Shown here in pieces: positions 1-12,589 of a stretch of DNA of 64,000 nt (positions within the stretch are counted from its first letter, which is position 1; each line of letters opens with the position of its first letter). Source of the DNA: Octopus bimaculoides (Eukaryota); assembly GCF_001194135.2 (NCBI RefSeq), contig NC_068987.1, positions 80,845,893-80,909,892 on the forward strand, read 5' to 3'. A program made the position numbers and the translations under genes. The notes under the pieces are model-generated. The model did not search any database. It had not been told where the DNA came from and saw only the letters and a list, made by a program, of their open reading frames with translations.

Positions 1-73
1 CTAGCGATCTATCATGGCGAAAGCCGGACAGAAGGGTCACACAGGAGACCATATATATATATTTCAACATGCG

Positions 74-188
74 GAAATGAGGAAAGCAAACTGATGAAGG
101 AAGAATCCTTTTGGATTAATCCAGAAATCGGTCCAATTCGAGGATAATGGAATTTTAAAAATTTCTGTTAGCTTGCTTTCCTCATTTC
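74..188 (+). ncRNA. Penelope-like terminal fragment with a hammerhead-like core inside an inverted repeat
   Basis: CTGATGA (91-97), stem GGA..AATCC-TTTT-GGATT..TCC, GAAA (124-127), then TCGGTC (GUC triplet at 131-133). 74-89 is perfectly complementary to 173-188. Confidence 0.4.
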
Positions 189-423
189 AATACACTGAGT
201 ATTTATAGTGAAAAATATTGTATGTGGTTAGATGATCTAAAGTCTATTTTTCAGCATATTTGCATAGAAAATTTTTTTCTTTTGCCCTTATTTATAATTG
301 TTTATAATGATTTTATTTTTTTATTTTTTATTTAAGCCTGTTACTTATTCTATCAATTACTTTTGCCAAACCACTAAGTTACAGTGACATAAATGCACTT
401 ACCAACACCAGTTAGGACAAACA

Positions 424-461
<38 letters not shown>

Positions 462-539
462 ATAATCGGTTAAGAAAACAAAAGATGGATTTGGTATTAT
501 TCTTTATTGCATACAACGATCATTTCAACCCATTCTGCA

Positions 540-712
540 ACTGTCCCTTAGAGGTGGGATGCTGTGCATCATATTGTGTTGCATCAACTTTGCAGAAAAG
601 ACCTAATCAGTAGCATGGAGTTTTTCTGCTCCACGACAACACCCGCCCTCATATCACCAATATGGCCAAGGAAGCCGTTCAAATGCATGGCTGGGAAGTG
701 CTGCCACACCCT
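540..712 (+). pseudogene. Mariner transposase fragment (catalytic region), decayed
   Basis: 614-712 translates HGVFLLHDNTRPHITNMAKEAVQMHGWEVLPHP, matching the mariner LLHDNARPH...GWEVLPHPPYSPDL motif. It is truncated before YSPDL. Confidence 0.8.
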
Positions 713-888
713 AGATTCACCTAGACATAATCTCAAATGTCGCTACGTCAATGCCAGTGTTTACTCATCTGAAACGTCTAGTCATTAACAGACCGAGAAA
801 AGTGAAAAAGTTTCAAAAGAAAAAATTATTAAATAGTGAAATACAGTAGTATTGCTTCGCAGTAAAACAAAGCGCCATCAGGTTAACG

Positions 889-991
889 TATAAATAACAT
901 AGTGGTACAACAATGCACCAATATTTACTGGATTATTGACTGCTATTTCCAGTAAATATTAGTGCATTGTTGTACCACTATTTTATTTATA
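889..991. repeat. Near-perfect palindrome/hairpin (44-bp arms, 15-nt loop)
   Basis: 889-932 is the reverse complement of 948-991 with 2 mismatches. Core is atagtggtacaacaatgcaccaatatttactgga / tccagtaaatattagtgcattgttgtaccactat. Confidence 0.9.
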
Positions 992-1377
992 TCTATATAA
1001 CCTATCTATCTATCTATCTATCTATATATATATATCTATATATATATATATATATATATATACATACATGTGTGTGTGTGTAGGGTGTTAGGTGTGATGT
1101 ACAGAATTAAATAGGGAAAAAAAAGTCGTCAGAATTTTGGAAAAGACTTCTTTCATTTATTTTATACTCTCATTTCCATATTAGCGCTTTCATTCATCTT
1201 TCGACCTTGTCAAATATAATTCTGTGAAAATAGAGAAATCTTACTTATTTATATAAAACATGTTTTTTGGGGATTTTGTTTATAAGAGAACATTGTTTTT
1301 GTTTTCTTTTTTGGGGTGAGGCTTTGGAGACAACGGAAGATGGATAAGCAGATAGACAGACAGACAGACATACACAA

Positions 1378-1531
1378 TGGGCTTTTTCCAGTTTCCATCT
1401 ACCAAATCCACTTCACAAGGCTTTGGTTGGCCTGAGGCTATAGTAGAAGAAACATGCCCAAGATGCCGCCCAGTAGGACTGAACCTGGAATCATGTGGTT
1501 GAAAAGCAAGCTTCTTACCACACAGTCATGC
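1378..1531 (-). mobile_element. tRNA-headed SINE, family A
   Basis: Reverse complement of the recurring head ...gctgtgtggtaagaagcttgct...ggttcagtcc...aagccttgtgagtggatttggtaga..., which has A/B-box-like motifs and many copies in the window. Confidence 0.8.
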
Positions 1532-1583
1532 TTTCACCTATATCATCATTTTCATCATCATCATTTAATGTCTGTCGTCCATG

Positions 1584-1650
<67 letters not shown>

Positions 1651-2569
1651 TGTTATCTATGCCTATTAGTTGTTAACATAAATCTTGAAGTGGGTAGATC
1701 TACGTAGAGTAAAACATTGAGCAATTGTAACTTACATTTTTGTGTACTAGTCAAGATTTAAATAAAGACTGAATATGCATATTGTATGCTATACGACAAG
1801 ATAAAAATTGTCTATAACAGCAATTACTGATGTTTATTTTTATACATCCAAATAATGTATACATAAATATATACATACATATATATACATGCATTCATAC
1901 ATAAATACATTTAAACACATCCATACATTTTCTCCTTACAGATAAAAAAAAAAGAAAGAAAAAATGGACAATTTTTTCTCCTGACAAATGCAAAATAGAT
2001 TTTGTTCTCACACATCAAAGAAAATCACAGAATTTAAAACTTCATTTTCCAAAATTCTAACACTTCAATTCACAAGAATTTTTAAAGCTCAAGGAAAAGT
2101 AAGACTTATAATGATATTTTACAAGAATATATCTTAAAAGATATCACTCTCTGAAAAGAAAGGATGTTGTACATAAATGGAATAGTATCACTGCTGTTGT
2201 TAAGAAGAAAAAAAGAAAAAGTTATAAAGACATTTAAAGCACATAATATATATTACAAAAGAAAAAAAAAAATTGATATTAGATGTAAAACAAACAAAAT
2301 CTGCTTCATTTGCTAAAACTTCTCTTTCACTGATATCATGTGTATTTTGCATTATTATAATAGCATTCTGCCTCACATAACTTGGATTCATTCAAATATA
2401 GAAGAATTTCTGGTTGTGTAATGAAGAAACTTTGCATCGAAACTCAAATGGTCCTGGGTTCCATTCCACTATGCAGTGTCTTGAGCAAGTATCCACTCTC
2501 AAAGCCTCAGGTTGACCAATGCGTTGTAAGAGGATCATCATCGTCACCATCACCATGATAATAATAATA

Positions 2570-3580
2570 ACAAGAGCACTCAGAGAGCGCAAACCTCTGC
2601 CAAGGCAACACCAACGTCCTCTCAATGATTAGCCAGAGATGATTTTTAAAATGAGAATATCTGAAATAAACCCGACTGCTCTCATAAATAAGAATACTAA
2701 AAATGAACCTGACCACTCTCAAAAATGAAGTAAAAAAAAACAGAAAAATAATCCAGAATCCTTGGTTGGTACCAGATCAATCCCAATGGTAGTCATGGAA
2801 TGTGAAGGTGGGTGTGTGGGCCATGTTTGTAATGCTGTGTGAACAGGGACAGTTTTTTCTATGAAGGCCTTTTTTAGTTTATCCACTGATATAGTGTCTT
2901 TACAACCATTGAGGTCTATAGTGAGAAATTAATCCATGCATGAAAGAAAACAGAAAGGACTAGCATACGGTGCTGTTAACGGAGGTTTAGCAATATCATT
3001 GCGCAAAAAAACGTGAGTCCAAGAAGTAAAGCTTCCTTCAAGGTAGAGCTAGAAATGCAATTATCAAGTAGGTAAGAGGTTTTAAACAGGAGCGATATAT
3101 TCAAAATTGGTAAAGCTAAAAATTGTCGAGGATAACTTAAGTTTATTATTGTTACTGAATATATTAGTGTTATTTAAATTCTGAATAGTTTTGCTGCCGT
3201 TTGTTTATGTAGTTTGAGAGACGCGAGTAAAATTAATAACAGAGAAACAAAAACAAAACTTTGGAAACGGCAATGCCACCATAACTTACATGGAAACCAT
3301 GAGCTTGCTTTCAAGGGAGAGAATCAGAGAAAGACTTGAAAGTTGACGTAAGATTGTAATACTTCATGTAAAGTACAGTAAATATAAAAAATAATCCAGA
3401 ATCCTTGTCCAGTACTGGATCGATCCCAAAATCTAATCAGTTTGTGCCAGTCATGAGGCTAAACATCCCTGAAAGTTTCATCCGAATCCATTACACAGTT
3501 CTTGAAATATTTTGTCCATGGACAAACAAACAGATAAACAAACATGACTGAAAAACAATAATGGTTTCTTTTCACACTGG
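2570..3580 (+). mobile_element. Helentron/HINE-like non-autonomous element in two pieces (2570-2786 and 3387-3580) around a unique insert
   Basis: 5' end acaagagcactcagagagcgcaaacctctgccaagg, with a second partial copy at about 9918-10058. 3' piece has gaaagtttcatccgaatcc and (AAAC)n. A 43-bp direct repeat lies at 2744-2786 and 3387-3429. Family assignment is from memory. Confidence 0.5.
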
Positions 3581-3602
3581 AAATAGGTAATAATGGTATA
3601 TA

Positions 3603-3653
<51 letters not shown>

Positions 3654-3811
3654 NNNNNNNNNNNNNNNNNNNNNNNNNNNNNNNNNNNNNNNNNNNNNNN
3701 NNNNNNNNNNNNNNNNNNNNNNNNNNNNNNNNNNNNNNNNNNNNNNNNNNNNNNNNNNNNNNNNNNNNNNNNNNNNNNNNNNNNNNNNNNNNNNNNNNNN
3801 NNNNNNNNNNN
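3654..3811. other. Assembly gap; others at 16747-17123, 29278-29330, 43049-43205, 55720-55729 and 61348-61390
   Basis: N-runs, nearly all next to (AT)n, (GT)n or (CA)n tracts inside SINEs. Confidence 1.
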
Positions 3812-4064
3812 GTGCAGGTGGCACATAAAAAACACCATTTTGAGCGTGTCCGTTGCTAGTACCGTGTGACTGGCCCTCATGCCGGTGGCACATAAAAGCA
3901 TCCACTACACTCTCGGAGTGGTTGGCGTTAGGAAGGGCATCCAGCTATAGAAACTCTGCCAGATCAGATTGGAGCCTGGTGCAGCCTTCTAGCTTGCCAG
4001 TCTTCAGTCAAATCGTCCAACCCATGCTAGCATGGAAAGCAGACGTTAAACGATGATGATGATG
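3812..4064 (+). mobile_element. RTE-LINE-derived 3' end / SINE (family C) with (GAT)n tail
   Basis: ...gagtggttggcgttaggaagggcatccagct..gaaactctgcc...caacccatgctagcatggaaagcagacgttaaacgatgatgatgatg. Similar copies at about 6575-6840(-), 8490-8760(-), 15500-15765(+), 15820-16010(-), 19735-20166(+), 23505-23822(-), 29331-29600 and 39700-40100(+). Confidence 0.8.
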
Positions 4065-5424
4065 TGTATATATATATATACATATATCTGTATCTATCTT
4101 ACATATACACATACCCACATGCATACAGAGTAAAACAACATGTCGCAAAATGTATCAACTTGCAATGTCTCCACTCAAACCTTCTCATCAGTTACTAGCA
4201 TTAAAAATTTTGCATTAAATATAATTACTCTCACCCAGAATTACTACTGTGAGAGAATTTAATTACATTGTTGATACTGGGTTTCATCTTGGGATCAATA
4301 ATTGCTGATGTTCTGAAATTAAATTTACTATACAAGCTAAATTGAGAAACAATATTTAACCCTTTTGTAATCATATTTCTAACAAATATATACAGATATG
4401 TATTTCAATTAATTTTCAAAATAATCAGGAATTTAAATTGAATTAAGTAAAACAACAGTTACTTTTGTTTCTCCTTCTTTTTTATATTTATTATTATATT
4501 CAAGCTGAGATTTAGAATGCAACTTAACAAAAGGCTTTTATATTAAATGACAGAAAGTCTACGTATGGACATACTGTGCTATAATTAACCCAAAACTGAT
4601 ATTGTAACTAAGGCCCGCATTTAAATATGAATACTTTAATAGACACATGATGGAATATTGGTTTAAAATCTGGGATATACCACTACTAGACACAGGCATA
4701 CTGCATTCTACACAGAATGTGCAGTCTGAGGATCCAGTGAGCTGTAAGCCTGAGTTGAGTGCCAAAGTTGACATTGGACTTGTTGCAACCCTACAACTCA
4801 CTGGATCCTGCCAAACTGTTCAACCCAAGGCAGCATAAGATATAGATGTTAAATGATGATGATACAATGACAATGATGATGACAATGACAATGATGATGA
4901 TGATGATGATGATGACTGATTGTCATGCCAGTTAAGATCAATAACTGCATTGATCTCATGAATTTTGGAGGGTCTGCAAAGGCCACGAATACACTCTCTA
5001 CTGCCAGACCTCCAAAATTATAATAACAACAACAGCATTACAGTGCTAATGACTTTTACCCAATCCTTCCTCCCAGAATGTCATCCCTCTGAAATTTTCT
5101 CTTTTCCCTCGATTTTGCTGCTGTCATCACCCAGTAAATGTTCAAATGGAATTTCAAACTCATTGATCCCACCCCAGAAGATGAAAACAAAACAAAACAA
5201 AAATACCCACTGGACACTAAGAATTCTTTGTATTTTTACAGTAACTTTCAAACTTACTGTCAATGCTATTCATCTCTTCTACAATTCTGGTTCAAAACAT
5301 CTACTTTATGCTTTGTTTTTCCTTTTCAGACACCACCACCAACACCACCCAGGGTGGGGGTACAAACACAGACACACAAATATATACATACACACACACA
5401 CACACACACACATATACATATACA

Positions 5425-5688
5425 TACGACAGGCTTCTTTCAGTTTCCATCTACCAAATCTACTCACAAGGCTTTGGTTGGCCCGAGGCTATAGTAGAAG
5501 ACACTTGCCCAAGGTGCCACACAGTGGGACTGACCCCAAAACCATGTGGTTGTTAAGCAAGCTACTTACCACACAGCCACTCTTGTGCCTATCCACACAG
5601 TCACTCCTGTCCCTATCCACACAGCCACTCCTGTCCCTATCCACACAGCCACTCCTGTCCCTATCCACACAGCCACTCCTGTGCTTCT
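5425..5688 (-). mobile_element. Family A SINE with its 24-bp 5' end tandemly amplified five times
   Basis: Unit ccacacagccactcctgtccctat (with variants) at 5569, 5593, 5617, 5641 and 5665, contiguous with the SINE head. Confidence 0.85.
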
Positions 5689-6926
5689 GTATGTACATGT
5701 GCCTTTGTGTTAGCATGTCCCCACTCCTCTTGGCAACTGGTGTTAGTTTGTTAATGTCCCCACAACTTAGCAGTTCAATGAACAAAACCAATAGAATAAG
5801 CAACAGACTTTTTTTTTAACAGAAAAGTACTGGGGGTAATTTATTTGATTAAACCTTTCAAGGCAGTGTCTGGTCTTGACTGCAGCCCAAGGAGTGAAAC
5901 AAGCAAAAGATAAGCATGATATATAAACAAAACAAGCAACAGTTTCCTATACTTTTTACTTCAGCCTTTTTGCTCCCATATTTCTGTTGAAATATACCAC
6001 CTTTGTTTCAATTAATTTTGAATTTAATGAAGAATTTGGTAGCATAATTTTGTCATAATTAAGCTGATAATGTGGAACATGAATTAATATCAAATTTTTA
6101 TGAAAGGTTTTAATTAAAAAAAAAAGGAAGTTTATATTAGAGAGCCAGGGGTGGTCCCAGGTGGGTTGATATCAAACAGCTCCTTAAAACAGTTCCTCTT
6201 TTCCTGTTTTTCTATACTTTCAATGAGATGTGCACCAGTGAATTTTTTATTTGATCTCCAGGGCACCACAAAGTCAAAAATATTGAGGACTACAGGTACT
6301 GCTGTTTTTAGCAGCATGAGCAGACATAAAGTTTCACTCACAAGATTAAGTATTTATGAGTTACACTCATGACTCATTAGTTATCCACCCTTCAACCTTA
6401 TTTAGTTTTTACAGCCGCTACCTGCCTCCACACCTCTCCAATTCCCTCATCTCCCACAGCCCATACAATCTTGTAACCACACCTTGCTCTTCACTATTTA
6501 TCTCTGCAATTCCTATTGATTATTCTCACCACCACCACCACCACCACCACCACCATCACTGTCATCATCACCATCATCATCGTCGTTTAACTTTCCATGC
6601 TGGCATGGGTTAGATGGTTTGACTCAGGACTGGCAAGCCAGGAGGCTGCACTAGGCTCTAATCTGATCTGGCAAGGTTTCTACAGCTGGATGCCTTTCCT
6701 AATGCCAACCACTCCAAGAGCGTAGTGAGCACTTTTTATGTGCCACCGGCATGGATGCCAATCAGGCAGCACTGGCACTGACCACGCTCAAATGGTGCTT
6801 TCTATGTGCCACAGGCATGGGAGCCAGTCAGGCATCACCTTTCATCTAAATATGAGTAGCCATGTAGTGCTTCTATAAGAACTTGTCTGATCCTCCTTCT
6901 CATACTTTAACCCCACATTCCCTAGT

Positions 6927-7126
6927 TTAACCCTTTACCATTTAAACTGGCCATATCCAGTCTAAATATTCCACCTGTTTTATGTTCAAACTGACCAGAT
7001 CCGGCTTCATCCATCAACCCTACAACGTCATCATCAAAATAATATGTCATAATGCAGGATGAAATTCAAAAGTGTTTATAAATATGAATTACAATTGATA
7101 GAGAAATCTGAATGCTAAGGAGTTAA
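6927..7126. mobile_element. piggyBac-like MITE (TTAA TSD)
   Basis: TTAA-CCCTTTACCATT ... AATGCTAAGGAG-TTAA. A related copy lies at 59867-60040 (TTAA-CCCTTTAGCATT...AATGCTAAAGAG-TGAA). Confidence 0.65.
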
Positions 7127-7555
7127 AGTTACCCTCTTCTTCATGGTTCATAGTCTTGCTAACCGCATGTGGACCTCAGCAGAGCAAGTTGCATGAGGAA
7201 AGCACTCAGTACACTCTGTAAAGTGGTGTGCAACTCGTACCAGGACAATTACCCCGCTAGGACAATTCCTCCCTATAGGACAATTCTCCCTGATGACAAC
7301 TACCCCCTTGGACAATTTCCTCCCTTGGTTAATTATCTCCTCTCCAATATATTAAGTTTTAAATCATCATCTGTTGTCTTAGGGGTAGGGGGTTATTGTC
7401 CATGGGGGGTAAATGTCCTAGACTCAGGCAATTGGTTGTAGAAACCATGCCAAAGCAGACATTGGGGCATAATGCTGTCCTTGGACCCATTGGATCCTGT
7501 CAAAATATCCAACCCAGGCTAGTATGAAACATAGATGTTAAATGTTGCTCCTGCT

Positions 7556-7586
<31 letters not shown>

Positions 7587-7639
7587 ATGATTTAGTGACT
7601 TAATATTTCTGGAAATAGATAAGGATGGGCTTCAAGATT

Positions 7640-8200
7640 TATTCCATAAATACCTGAATAATTGCAGACTCTCTTTAGAACTCACAATGGAGTCTTGCTT
7701 CATTAACACAGTTAATAAATATTCCTGCTTCAAAATCTGAAATACTTCAACTTCATTCACCTTCAGAAAGTTCTCTCACTTGTAAAGAAAAATTCAGTAG
7801 ATTTCTTTGTCTGTTCCTCCCCACAATAATTTTCTCCAAGTTTTCTCACTTTTTCATTTTATGCTAATTATTCCATTATATAACTCAATAGTTATTTAGT
7901 AAGAGGTGACAGCAGGAGATCTGATCAAATATTTACAATAGGCTATCTTTTAATTCTCAATCCAGATAATATTTCTTAGTGTTTTATCTGCAGAAACTTC
8001 TACAATGGAAATGATGCTATCCATTCATTTATAGACTTCTTTTGGCATCCACAATCTCCTGCTGTTAACAACTTGCATCTTCTTCTTCTGATACATATAT
8101 ATATCAGTCTTTAATCTTTTATATAGTGAAATATATTCTTGAACCGGAATAGATTCTGTATTCTTGGCCACCATTTTATCGTATTTCCTGACTAGTATTT
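7640..8200 (-). pseudogene. Decayed RTE-clade LINE ORF C-terminus
   Basis: Minus-strand fragments such as RRLWMPK, LEKIIVGRNRQRN resemble the RTE C-terminal LEKLIV.GK...RGRQR region. Many stops and frameshifts. Confidence 0.45.
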
Positions 8201-8879
8201 AATCAATTTAGCTTTCCATTTCAACCAAAATAGTAGGTTGCTAGATCTTATTGCTCCATGAAAGGTTATGTTAAATATGATCACTAATATTTTCTATTTC
8301 TCAGCTCTCATAGGCCTTTATCACCTCCCAACAGCTATGTTAACAACAACTATGACACACCAATACAGTCATGGCATTTATGAGTTGTTGCTGTCGGTGG
8401 TAGTGGCAGTGGTGTTGTTAAGTCTCATGTCAGCCTTGATTTGAGCAGACTCATAACCAAAGATATTCCAGCCTTTACTATACCATCATCATCACCCTTA
8501 TTTAACATCTGCTTTCCATGCTGGCATGGGTTGGATGGTTTGATGGGCACTGGAAAGCAGAAGAGCTGCACAAGGCTCTTATTGTCTGTTTTGGCAGGGT
8601 TTCTATGGCTGAATGCCCTTCCTAATGTCAATCACTTTACAGACAGTACTGGGTGCTTTTTATATGGCACCAGCACAGGTACTTTTTATGTGGCAGTGGC
8701 ACAAGTGGTTTTTACGTGGTACCTGCAGATGTGTGCCTTTTCTCTTTTAAAGTGACAGGGTACGAGTTTAGAGAGATTTGACTGCTATGTCTAGCAGGTC
8801 CAGCACCTACACAAAGGCTCACTTGTTGGTATGAATATTTATGACTTTTTGTCAGTAATGGAAATGAGTTTCTAGAAGT

Positions 8880-9180
8880 AGGAAACGCAAAATTTGAAAA
8901 TTTATTGTATAAATGTCTGAGACATTTAATCAAATATGCAAAGGTGTCGTATACGGATAGTGAGACAGCAGTGAAAGTCTGTAGCCAAGCAGAATCAACC
9001 AGAAAACTTGTTAACAACATAAAGAGACTACAGGTTAAGTTCACTGGACTCCATGAGAAAAGGAATCCTTGAATACTTGATGGTAACTTGGAAATTGAAA
9101 GGAAGACGCTGGGGAAAACAAAGAGAAGAGATTCAATGGATGGCCTTAGAAGCAGGCTACAAAAAGGCAGTTAATAACAT
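8880..9180 (+). pseudogene. Decayed RTE-clade LINE ORF C-terminus
   Basis: YTDSETAVKVCSQAESTRKLVNNIKRLQVKFTGLHEKR followed by GILEYLMVTWKLKGRRWGKQR, matching the RTE WTDRVTNEEV...IKRRQLKFFGH...LEKL..GKIEGKR pattern. Confidence 0.6.
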
Positions 9181-10064
9181 GCTAAGTTATATGTGAGAAA
9201 GGAAGAGGTGGATCAATAATGCCTGTAGGCATGGCACAACGAAGAAGAGGGGAGTGGGGAGGAAGAGTGGAGAGGGGAAGAAGAGAGGGTGGAGGAAAGA
9301 AGAAAAGGGGAGAAGAGAGGAGGGATGAGGACACAAATCTTGCAAATTCAAGATTCGTGTTTCAAGATGGATTCTAAAACTAAAACAGAAATCCAAAAGG
9401 ACAAGTAAAATTAACAGATGTAATTAATTAGTAGGAATTCAAGAGAGCATAATGGACATTTCTCTTATTAGAAAAAATTAAATAATAATAATAACAACAG
9501 CAAAATGGTAATCACATACATCTATCAATTATTCCCTATTTACACTGAACTCTCTAGTTTTATGAGATACAAGGCATCCCATTCATGTTGGGGGCCACTA
9601 TAAATCCACTTAGCTGTGAATTGGGTAGTGAATGAGGACACTTAAGCTTATCAAGGACATGGTAATATCTCTTGTACTAGGCCAGGGGTTGAGAGACTGT
9701 GCAACATCTTTAGTGCTGGTATCACAAAAAATGCATCCTATACACTCAATAAAGTGGTTGGTGCTAGGAAGGACTTTTAGTCAAAGAAAACAATCTAAAG
9801 TTAAATATACAAGTGAGATGTAGTCATCTGACCTATCTAGCAGTGCAGTAACTCATTATAAGAACTGACCAGTCCAACTCATGTCAGCATGGAAAACAAA
9901 CATAAAACAATGATAACAAGTGCACCCAGAGAGCACAAACCTCTGCCAATGCAACACCAATGACCTCTCAACAATTAACCAGAGATAATTTTTAAAACAA
10001 AATTTTTTTAATAAAATAAAATCGACTGCTCTTACAAACGAGAATGCTAAAAATGAACCCGGTC

Positions 10065-10670
10065 CTTAATTCATTGACCCCCAAAAGGATGAAAGGCAAA
10101 GTTGACCTCGGTTGAACTTGAACTCAGAACATAAAGACAGATGAAATGCCACTAAGCATTCTGTCCAGCATGCTGACAGTTCAGCTTGCAGCCTTATAGC
10201 AGTATTTAACAAGCCTTTCTATGAAAGGCACAAGGCCTGAAATTTGGTAGGAGGCAACTAGTCGAACACATTAACCCCAGTGTTTCACTGGTACTTAATT
10301 TATCGACCCTGAAAGGATGGAAGCAAAGTCGACTTTGCCAGAATTTGAACTCAGAATGTAGCGCCAGATGAAATACCGCTAAGCATTTCGCCCAGTGCGC
10401 TAACGATTCAGCCAGAACACCACAGTATTTAATAATCCTTTCTATTAAAAGCACAAGGCCTGAAATTTGGGGGAGGGGGCTAGTTGATTCCATCGACCCC
10501 AAGGCATAACTTGTACTAATCTAATTGACACTGAAAGGCTGAAAGGCAAAGTTGACCCCAGTGGAATTTGAACTCAGAATGTAGAGGTAGATGAAATACC
10601 ACTAAGTATTTCACTCGGTGTGCTAACAATTTAGCCAGCTCACTGCAGTATTTAATAATAACTTACAGAA
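10065..10670 (-). mobile_element. Three head-to-tail family B SINE copies (tRNA head plus Meta-like central domain)
   Basis: Three repeats of ggatgaaaggcaaagttgac..gaatttgaactcagaa..gatgaaatacc.ctaagcatt, separated by gtatttaa(t/c)aa. Central motif (reverse complement) gtcgactttgcctttcatcctttcggggtcgataaattaagtaccag resembles the MetaSINE domain as I recall it. Confidence 0.75.
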
Positions 10671-12589
10671 TGTGTTTCAACAGCAGTTTAGTTGTATATT
10701 GCCTATAGAGAGATACCAGTGATATCAGCATGAGAAATAATAAAATAAACAGGAAGATTTCATCATTTTCTAAGAATACTAATTAAAGCCATATGTGTAA
10801 AAACAGCACTTGAGAAAAACTCTACCAGCAAATTTGTATATAAATGCATTAACCTAGTTTATAGATATGAGGAGACAAAATCAGAGCCAACAGCATGTCA
10901 GAGTAGCAACCAACGTGTCAAGATATTCATGTACTATCACCATCATTGAAATTGTCCATGATTAAAACATTTAAATTCTAAATAGCCCAGAAGAACTGAC
11001 TGCAAACAAGTATGACACAAAAATCTACAGCTCACTGTGCTAACCAAGGAGAGAACCTTCTTAATAGCCATTCAAACTGCTAGATATAGCAGCTAAACAC
11101 ACACACACACACACAAATCACAAATGCACATCATGTAGAATAAAATAAATCTGAAATATATTGTCCAGCATAACACAAAAACATTGATAACCAAACCCAG
11201 GCATATACATACACATTATTTTTATTTTTTTATTTATTTATGTGTTTCAGCCAAGTGGCTGCGGTCATGCTGGTGCACCACCATATGTAAATACAAATAG
11301 AAAGAATATATGAGAAGAATCTTACTACAAGAACTGAGGGACCAACAGTAAACATGCAGTAAATGCTGAGGGGAAAGAGATGCTTGATGGGGATGTAGTC
11401 ACTGATAAGGTCAGAGACTAATTAACAGAAAAATCAATTAACCAACAGATCAACTGATTAATTAGCTAAATGATTAGGGACAAAATTGAACTGAAACATA
11501 GCTAGTGCATGTTTTTATTGGCAGTAAGACCCTCCCAAAATACATTAATATTGCTTCCTAACCACATGGGTTCATGTTCATTCCCACTGTGTGGCACCTT
11601 GGGCAAGTGTTTCTATAGTCCCAGACTAATCAAAGCCTTGTGAGTTGAATTGGTAGGTAGAAACTGAAAGAAGCCCACCATGTGTTTGTAGTGTGTGTGT
11701 TACTGTTTCCTTGCCTTAACATCACATGACAGTTATAAATGAGTGTCATTGTGATGCTAGAGGTGTTCTTTGTTTCCAATCTTCTGTGAAAATATGCCTG
11801 GTCAAAGGGAAATATCACCTTGCTCGGAAACAGGTGAGGATTGGTGATAGGAAGGCAATCCAGATGTAGAAAATCCACTTCAATAAACTCCATCCAACCC
11901 ATGGAAGCAAGGAAAAGTGTATGTTAAAACAATGATGAGACGATGAAAGTACTCTACTTTATGTACTGAGTTCATTTTCTCTTATTTATACCATAAAACT
12001 TATGTGTGTGTGCGTGCGTGCGTGTGTGTGTTTAAATATCACAGTGTAGTTTCAATTTCTGTTTAAAGCCATCTCCTATTTCACTTATACTGCTAATGCT
12101 CTTAGGAAAAGTATGATTGACATACTTCTGATTTACCTCTACTGAAATTCAGGCACTTTTGTTCCAAGCACAGAGAAATTAGTTTTAATCTGAAGCAGAT
12201 TCGAACAATTGTTTAAACAGATATCCACTTAAAGAGATGAATTTTTATGGTAAATGGATTGTTTCCTCATTAGAAGCTATTATATATATACATGACTATT
12301 TATTACTCGAGTTTTAAATATAATTACTTTTCAAGTAGAACAAAGTGAAAATAGTGAAATTAGCTGCTTGTGTTGTCACAAGGTGTTCTAAACGTTACCA
12401 ATGACATGAGAATCCTTATTGTTTAACTACAAATATTTGTAGTCATCTCACTAGCAATCAAACCAGGAATATTTTTGTCAAGAAAATCAATACTTATGTC
12501 AACAATACAGAAACAATCATCGGAAATGTTTTTGAAATTCAATTTACCTTGATTATCCAAATTTATCAAATATATTCTAGATGCAGACG

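Noticed and set aside
4965-5819. Longest ORF in the track (284 aa)
   Set aside because: It reads through a (CA)/(TA) microsatellite, an antisense family A SINE and the 24-bp tandem repeat. No domain and no splice context.
6132-6341. ORF containing HLIESIEKQEKRNC, superficially like the last TCEANC2 exon
   Set aside because: No suitable acceptor, an early stop, and it ends in CAGGGGTGGTCCCA, which looks like a Tc1/mariner terminal sequence.
12423-12580. Protein-like minus frame GKLNFKNISDDCFCIVDISIDFLDKNIPGL
   Set aside because: No recognisable homology or exon boundaries. The ORF starts inside a SINE.
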